A stretch of 64,000 nt of DNA from Mobula hypostoma. Its lineage: Eukaryota. The DNA lies in NCBI RefSeq assembly GCF_963921235.1, contig NC_086097.1:76882001-76946000 (forward strand). Direction: 5' to 3'. Each line of letters begins with the position of its first letter. Positions within the stretch are counted from its first letter, which is position 1. The notes beneath the pieces were generated by a model. It did not search any database. It was given only the letters and a program-made list of their open reading frames with translations, and had not been told where the DNA came from. This document shows, one piece after another, positions 52,501 to 61,500 of the stretch. Position numbers and translations under genes: made by a program.

Positions 52501-55500
52501 AGGCCTCTCTCAGAAATCTGGGGTATATTTAATCAGTAATAATGTTCTTCAAGAGACTCAGCCCTTTCTCTTCCTTAATCTCAAATACACTATCATATTA
52601 TCAGAGCCTATTATACTGATTCCACTGTCCGCCACTTCCTTCCTCGTGGTAAGTACCAACACAGACTACTCATTTAGGACCTTGCACATTTCCTTTGCTC
52701 TCATGTATATGTTTTCTCCTTTATCCTTGAGTCCGACCCTTTGCCTAGTTCTTGCTCTTAATAACTATAGAGTGCCTCGGGATTTGCTAAGAATTTTTCA
52801 TGGCCCTTCTTGTCTCGCTTAATTCCCTTCTTAATTTCTTTGCAGGCTTCTTTATAAACTTCAAGGGCCCTGATAACTTTAGCTTTCTAATCCTTACACA
52901 CACTTTTTTTCCTTCTTGATTAAATTCACCATCTATCTTGTAATCCAAAGATTCCTTACATTGTTGTCCTTGTTCCTCCTTCTGATTGGAGTGTAACACT
53001 CAGTTATATTGGCTGGTATATGTCTAGGGGAAATCCCACCCAGCACCTGCCTCAACGCCTCCCACGGAGTTGGTTGCCGCCCGAATCAAGCCCAAACATC
53101 AATCATCAGCCAGCACACCCAGTAAATTTTAACTAATTCTATGATGTTAATATAAATTCGATACAGAAAGGGAAGTAATGAAAAAAAAAAGGTGCCAACA
53201 CTTATCAAAGTCCAAGTACCCTTCAACTTGTCTGTCTTCTCTATCATCTTGCTCCTGCTGAAGTTCCCTTAAGGTCTTGCTGTAGTTACCTTCCTTTCAA
53301 TCCCTCCACTTACTGACCTGGTGATCTGGTTCCCATCCCCCTGTCAAACTAGTTTAAACTCCCCCAAGCAGCACCTGCAAACCTCCTCACCAGGATATTG
53401 GTTCCCCTCCAGTTAAGGAACAACCAGTCCCTCTTGTGCAGGTTGCTCCTTCCTCAGAAGAAATTCCAATGGTCCAAAAAACTGAAACTTTACCCCTTGC
53501 ACCAGTTCTTCAGCTGTATAATCATTTGTTCTATTGTTCTATTCCTGCCCCAATAATAATTAGAGACTGGGACTAATCAATAGATTACTACCTTTTGGGC
53601 TCCTCCTTTTCTCTTTTTCTTTCCTTAGTCCCCATATTTACTGCACAGAACTTTGTCCCCTTTACTACCTATGTTCTTGATGACAATGTGTACCACAACC
53701 TCTGGTTGCTCACCCTCCACTTGGGAATGTTCTACAGTCGCTCTGAGACAGCTTGACCTTGGCATCTGGGATGTAACACACCATCCTGATATCTCTTTTA
53801 CACCTGTAGAATCTCCTGTCTGTTCCCCTTAACGATCGTCTCTCCTTTCACAGATAGCCTTCCTGACTTCGCTTTTCCCTACTGGTCCTCAGAACCAACT
53901 ACAAAAGTCTCCCAAGTTAACACAAAATTGGATTTCTTACTGACAATGTTTTTTATAAATTGGAAAAAAGAAGAGTGGTAATTTAAACCAATGTTTTGTT
54001 GAGGTTGTTTAACATGTTAAAGCATGTTACTGTCTTTAACATGTTAAAGCATGTTACTGTCAGTTCTTTCTTTATTCTACAAATGGTAATGGTGCAAAGA
54101 GAAAAAGTTTCATTTCCAAGTGTTTACATCTCACCTTTTGGGCAAAAAAATCAAATCACTGAAATGGTAAATGTGCATTTAGAATCCCACAGTTTAATAT
54201 TTTATATTAATTAACAGCACTAAAATGGAAACCTACGTAAAGCACTTTGATCTTTTTTTGCTTTTGACAGATCAACACTAATGGTTAAAACATATGAAAT
54301 CTATTCATTTTTGAATTATCTGATGTTTTAACATATTACTAATGTTTTTTGTATTTATTTTCTCCCTTGCCGTTCCTCCCTTTCAAAGCGATGTAAGCAA
54401 GTTGGCCTTAAGGTCAGATTGCATGATAGCATCATCATGCAAAAGGCTGCACAACAGACCTGGCGACTTAAGGTTTTTTTTAAAATGACCACACTCATAG
54501 CATATGCAGTTGTCTGGAAGCTGTACTGTGCTCATTGTCTGAAACCTCTGTAGAAGACTAACTGTGCTTTCCATAAATTGTCCAGCTTCTGAAAAGTATG
54601 TGTAAAAATCAGCTCTCAAAGCATAGCTTTTGCATAGGGTAAATCGAGGCTAATGAGCAACAAGTGACAAAGCCCACAGTCCAAAGATATACTGGGTAGG
54701 CTAATTGGTCATGGTAAATTGTTCCGTGATTAGGTTAGGATTGATCAGGGTCGTGGGGTTGCTGGGGTTGCTGGGGCAGTGTGGCTTGAAAGGCTGCAAG
54801 GGCCTACGCTGCACTGCGTCGCTAAATAAGTAAATTCATTTATATGGTTCATTGAACTTTAGCAGAATTGGGAGATTGGATTTCTCTCCTAAACTCAACA
54901 GTTCTTTTTCATTGCTCTGTGGTAAATGTGAGGGTAATATTTTAGTCAGGATTTAGATTCACTGGACTGAAGGTATAGATCCTTATTTCTCTAGAAATTA
55001 TGTTGTATACTACATGTTTTAGACCCTTAGCTATAAAACAGGGCAATGTCATTAAAGGATATTGGATTAAAGGTTTAAGCACTTTTCCATCTAACATAAT
55101 ATATCCATTATTGAAATGTTCTCAAGTGTAAAGATTAGCATGATTTTAATGGATTATCAGATCATCATCAGATTAAGACAGGACAAAGTTTAACATTTCA
55201 TGTAATGTTCAAATGCTTTAAAAAGAGACTAATTTCCTCTTTGTTAATCTGAAGTGATTTATTATTCAATTTGACTGTGGCAGCTATCATTGCCAGCTTG
55301 GATCCCCCGGGCTGCCAAGAGAGCTGAAGTTCAGCATCTGAATGGTGGAAAGAATTGACCCAACTTGCCTGATGGGAATAGGGTGAACATCCAATGAAAG
55401 TGATCATGCAAATTATTAATCACACTACAGCATCTTGTTTTCCAAACTAGCCCTCACTTTAAACGGCCACTTGGTTAGATTTAAAAAGTGGGTTTTCAGC

Positions 55501-58500
55501 TCATTATTCCTGTACTGACTGTATATTGAGGCCTACTTATCTCCCACTTCTCAAAGATCTGGATTCTTTACCCTCTTCTCACTTGAAAGCCACCATTGAA
55601 TCTGCTTCCATACCTCTTATCAATGTACAGTATTCCATATCCCAACAAAAGAAGTGAGTGTTCATAGTTCACTTGCCAATCACTTGCCTAGTTCAAGTCA
55701 CTACCTCATTAATACGAGCAGTGTGGGGTACACTAGTGACTCAGTAAGTGCTTCAACTTTGTACACTCGCTTTCTGTCATCTACAATGAGGAAGATAGTA
55801 ACAGAATACAGAATCAGAATTGGAAAGACACCAACGCAAGGAATTCAGGGAAATGGCAATATGGAAAATTAGGCCTGTAACTGAATTTGATGATCGACCA
55901 CAATCCTATCAAATAGTGTTGCCAGCTCGAGGGGTAGATAATTTCCTTCTGCTGCTACTTATTATGTTCTTTCTTGGGCTGGTGAAATGAACAAACATAT
56001 AGCATGAATTTTACTGCAGGGAAATGAGAAATTGTAGCTTGGTAAGAAGAAGGATGCAATATGAACCCAGAGTGGTTATTTTATAGACAAAGGAAGGAGA
56101 AACTCTTGCTGTAACAAGACCATCAGCAATCAGAGACCACATGAGCCAGAAACACCAAAGGACATTGTATAATAACCTAAGCTGCTCTAGAATGCATTGT
56201 CTAAAAGTCTGGTAGAAATTAATTCAATAGTAATAATTGAAAAAGAAATTGCATGAATATAAGAAAAAAGTGAGGACTGTTGGGGGAAAAATTGGACTGA
56301 ACAGTCTTCTAAACATTAATATAATAGAAGAGAAATAATCTAAACGACTGTCCTGAATGAGGTGTCAATCTGTGGTTTATAATACAATACATTGCAGCCC
56401 TGAAGCACTTCTTTAAGAAAATAGTTTGTAACAGCAAATTTGACTGTAGAAAGAGCAACATAATACATTTTATTGGATGGTTGATTTGTTTCTTTATCAA
56501 AGTGTAGTAAAGCTTAAAGCTGCAACAAGATTCAAGATTCTTTAATGTAAGGAGCCTTAATGTAATTGCACAGCTTTAATGTAATTCTTTAATGTAATTG
56601 CACAGCTACACTTATATTAAGCTAAGAGAGGCTGAGAGTTGATATCATTGAAATCAAAGCCAGTGTGCATCTAACCCATCATAAGCACAGCTTAGCAAAA
56701 CATTCCATTTGCATCATCATCTTTGTGTTACTTGTACTGGCAATGCATTTTCTTGTATCATATTCAATTTACCTTTGTGTGCGTGCGTAAATATGTGTTG
56801 GGGCAGTATTATTAATTAAATACTTTCCTTTTGTATTAGCTGACATGAAAATTAAATGATTGAGTGAAAATATGGTTGGTTACCTTATAATTTGTACAAA
56901 ACCACATTGTTTTTCTTCAATGATCATTCTGTGCGGTACTGTGTTTGTCTCACAGCCTGCACAGTTAATACTGCAAGCAGTTCCAGTTTATTATATTAAA
57001 GAGGTGTGGTGTCAAATTATCCTGAACTACAAGAGCTAACTGTTCACAAAGCATTCAATGGCCATCAGCACTTTGTAACGTAGTAAAGAAGTGATATTCT
57101 AGCCTCTCAGTGGTACAGTGGTTCTCAGCATTTTCTAACAATTACTCTGGAGCATGTGCATAAAAGCTTTCAGCTTCAGAATGATTTAAAATCTGCCAAG
57201 AACACTGGTGTGCTAAATAAGGTTTCATTTTTAAATCTCACAGTTGAATGATATACACATTGAGAGAGGAATGAGGCATTATATTATTGAAATGAATAGG
57301 ATTTGACAGGATATATAGTGTGAAGATCTTTCCCTCATATAGGGATATAGAAACAGGGCATAAAATTTCATAAGGGTTGCCTATTTAAGACAGTAATGAT
57401 GAGGAATCTTTTGGAATTGCCTCTTCCAAATAATTGCAAACATTAATTCATTAATATATTTAAAGCTGAGTAGATGGATAATTCAACCCGGTGAGTTGGA
57501 GATCCTGCAGAACAGGCAGGAGAGTGGATTTGGGGCCAAGATCAGATCAACTTTTATCTGTTGAAGCAGACTTGAGAGGACTCCTTCATTATGTGCTTGT
57601 TCTTGATCCATAGTTGCTGCGATGTGAAGCAAACCAACATGATAGCTTACATTCGCAAACACGAGGAAATCTGCAGATGCTGGAATTTCCAGCAAGATAG
57701 CTAATATTACTGTATATAAAAAAAATCTTCTGGTAAATTGCATAATATAGAACTGATACACAGTATGTATGATAAGAGCAATGTTTAGATCCTTGGCTTA
57801 TAATGAATTAGTTAATATTGTAAATAAACAATTACATGTAAACGAACAGGGCCAGTTTCAGGGACCAATAGTTTGGAGTGTATGTTGTATAGTAGATAAC
57901 AAGTAAGAGAGATCTTACTTTTAAACGCCCCTTGAGTCAAATAGCTTACCAGTATTCCATTTCGAAACTTGCTTAGAAAGAACGGCTCATCAGTTGAGCA
58001 AACACCACATTTCATACTTTTAGATCCAAATGCTAGCTTTATAACACCTTCAGGGATGAAAAGGAAGCTTTTGAGCAGGTGGAAAGATGTGCTGGATTTG
58101 AAATTCTGTGTCAGCTTTGTATGTAATTGGAGTTCAGAACATGGGATATCCCATGGAACATGGGATATGTTACCATATCATATGTCAGTACTACACAACA
58201 TTCATTAAACAGCATAACCTATTTAAATACTTGAAATAAGCATTCATACAAAATACTGCATTGTCATAAACAATTTAATTTATTTCAGGCAGAGGGAGAT
58301 AACCAGGAACGGAAAAAAATTAAGCGCAGAGGTGACTATTACTCGATACATACATCACTGATTGTGGCAGCTGTTAAAAAGTTACTTCCTATTGGTTTAA
58401 ATATGTGCACAGCAGGAGACCAGGAATTAATCTCATTGGCCAAGCAGAGGTACAGTCTGGTAAGTTTCCAGTATTTTTCTTAAGTATTGTCTCTCGTAAA

Positions 58501-61500
58501 TTTTTAAAATATAAACAGCAAATCAACAAACTTGACATTGTTAAATCTACATCTAAGTATTCCTAAATTCATGACAGAATTTGACTAATGCATTTAAAAC
58601 AAAACGTGCCTTCATCTTAAATTCACATAATCTTAATATTTTCTGGTATCTCCAAGGAAAAAAGGAAGCAAAATTTGTTTTGACTAATTTACAGTCTGAT
58701 GTCTCCGGATGTGGTGGTAGAGCTTTACCTATAAATAAACATATAATGAAAATAATTTATAAATGTATGTTACTGCCTTTTCACAAACACAAAAACTTAA
58801 TTTAATCCAGCCAAATGTTTTGCTTAAAGCTGTACTGTTTCATCAACAGAAAGACACCGATGAAGAAGTGAAAGAGTTCCTTGCAAATAACTTGCATTTG
58901 CAGGATAAGGTAGGATTTAAGAAAAACATTACTCGAAGGATGTGATCGCATGTTACATTCAACCTTGTTTTCTGCTTCATTCTACTGAAAGGACTAACTT
59001 CAAAATTCAAAGTGAATTGTATTATCAAAGAATGTATTTGTCATAGTCATAGTCATACTTTATTGATCCCGGGGGAAATTGGTTTTCGTTACAGTTGATC
59101 CATAAATAGTTAAATAGTAATATGTAAATTATGAAATAAGTCCAGGACCAGCCTATTGGCTCAGGGTGTCTGACCCTCCAAGGGAGGAGTTGTAAAGTTT
59201 GATGGCCACAGGCAGGAATGACTTCCTATGACGCTCTGTGTTGCATCTCGGTAGAATGAGTCTCTGGCTGAATGTACTCCTGTGCCCACCCAGTACATTA
59301 TGTAGTGGATGGGAGACATTGACCAAGATGGCATGCAACTTAGACAGCGTCCTCTTTTCAGACACCACCGTCAGAGAGTCCAGTTCCATCCCCACAACAT
59401 CACTGACCTTACGAAATAGTTTGTTGATTCTGTTGGTGTCTGCTACCCTCAGCCTGCTGCCCCAGCCCACAACAGCAAACATGATAGCACTGGCCACCAC
59501 AGACTCGTAGAACATCCTCAGCATCGTCCGGCAGATGTTAAAGGACTCAGTCTCCTCAGGAAATAGAGACAGCTCTGACCCTTCTTGTAGACAGCCTCAG
59601 TGTTCTTTGACCAGTCCAGTTTAGTTTAGTCACCAATACCACCCTGAGATTCACAAACAAAGGACAAAGAAGTACAATAGAATCAATGAAAAACTACACA
59701 CAAAGACTGACAAATTATACAAATACTATACGAAACAGGTCATGATAAATAAATAAATAGTACTGAGAACATGAGTTCTCATGTCTGAACTGTTAGTCAG
59801 GCGTTGAATTTCACATTCTGTATGTTTTGTGATATCCTACCATCTAATACTTTTTAGTCAAGTCTTCTTTAACCATCTTATTACTTAAACTGCATTTTAT
59901 TTTGAACATGTGTTCCTGATATGTCATCTAAGCATAATTCCTATACTTGTAAATGAAGCCTTCTTTAAGTAGTGCACCAAGGGCATTGACAAATTAGGAT
60001 TTCCACCCGATACCTGCATTACAATGTTCACAGCATAAAGACAAGCCAGCGTTTGAATGAGCTGAGACCCACACCCTTGCTTTTGGAAACTTAGTCGTCC
60101 TTACCAGTAACAGTAAACAAAAATGGACTCAGGCTAATCTGATTGTACAATTATTTCAAAGAACTAGATTCTCGTTAGCAAACTTGAAAGTGAGTCGCAT
60201 TTGTGAAGGAGCAGGATTGGGTGCATATTATACTCTGCAGCCATAATCTGAATCGTGCACTCTGGGAAAAGCTTTTCCCTAGATCATGGGACTGCAAATA
60301 TGCAGGAAGATTTGGAACAAACTTGGCAGAGAGAAAGACTTGCCATCTCTAATCAGCAGCTAACATGAGCATTGTACAGTCACAGCGGAGCATTTCCGTC
60401 ACGGTACTGGTTGTCTCATCCGGAGAAAGAGTCAATTCAGTCACATTCCCGACCTGATATATCAATCATTCATTATCACTAAGGCAAAAACCTGAAACTC
60501 CCTCACTCACTATCTGAGCCACTCAGCTCGGCTGTGATCTTCCCTGTGGCAGCCAGGGAAGGACAAAAACTCATGGTCTCAGCCAATGATGCCCCACATT
60601 TTAGATTGGCTTTTAGGAAATAGTTTGAAGGTCATAACTTAACACAGAATCTGTTTAAAACATTAATGTAATTAACACCAGAGGTAACGCCTGTGTCTTG
60701 ATTAATTTACAAGTCAGATTGCTGGGTTGTGGCCAGCATTTCTGAAACTTGATCAGAGAAGGCAACTTCTGTTGTCGCCCAATTTATATTTGGAGTTCTG
60801 TGAAATAACAGGACAATTCATTATTTGCTGTCGAATGCAAATCTTGCCTGTGGTTGCCTTCTACTTGTTTTAATAATCCTTCAATTTCCCATTCAGACTG
60901 ACGACCCAGCAGTTCGATGGCAGTTAGATTTGTATAAGGATATTGTTAAACCTGAAGAGAGAATGGATCCTCAGAAGATTGTGGAACGTGTGCAAAAGAT
61001 TTCAGCTGCTGTTTTCCACTTGGAACAGGTAACCAGAGCAAACATATAAAAAAATAATGTAAGGAAGTGTTAAAGACTATATTCCCTTATAATAAAATAA
61101 ACAATCATCTTGTGGACATATTAAAAATCCCACTATCTGATGTGTCAGGATGACCAAGGGCAAATGGAACACTTGAAGATGTTTCCTACTAATAGACGTC
61201 ACAAGTCTGACTGCATTTCTTAATGATAGCGATAATTTCTTCATGATTGAATAATGATAGATTTATTCAGTATGTTGTTGTAAATTGATGGCTTGTTAAT
61301 TTTCCAGTTATTTCGTAAAAGGATAAAATGTTTTGTGTCTTATTGTAGAGGTTGTATTTTTGCATTTTCAGAAATTTTTCATCACTGTGTAGAAATATGC
61401 AAGGCTCCCAGATAGCAGAGAACAAGTCTGTCACATTCTCCAAATATATACAGCAGTTGCTTGATACTGATCTTCTATATGCCTCTGAGCACTTTGGTAA

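Noticed and set aside
54271..54283. Second good acceptor (ttttgcttttgacag) followed by 13 nt and GTTAAA
   Set aside because: Weak donor and frameshifting length; weaker than the 54389 candidate
56956..57003. 48-nt in-frame segment after tctcacag ([16 protein letters not shown]) as an ASI-position exon
   Set aside because: Weak donor (GTGTGG), short pyrimidine tract and no similarity to known RyR inserts
58289..58292. Tandem acceptor cag|GCAG that might compensate for a 4-nt microexon
   Set aside because: The combination creates CGA TAG, an immediate stop
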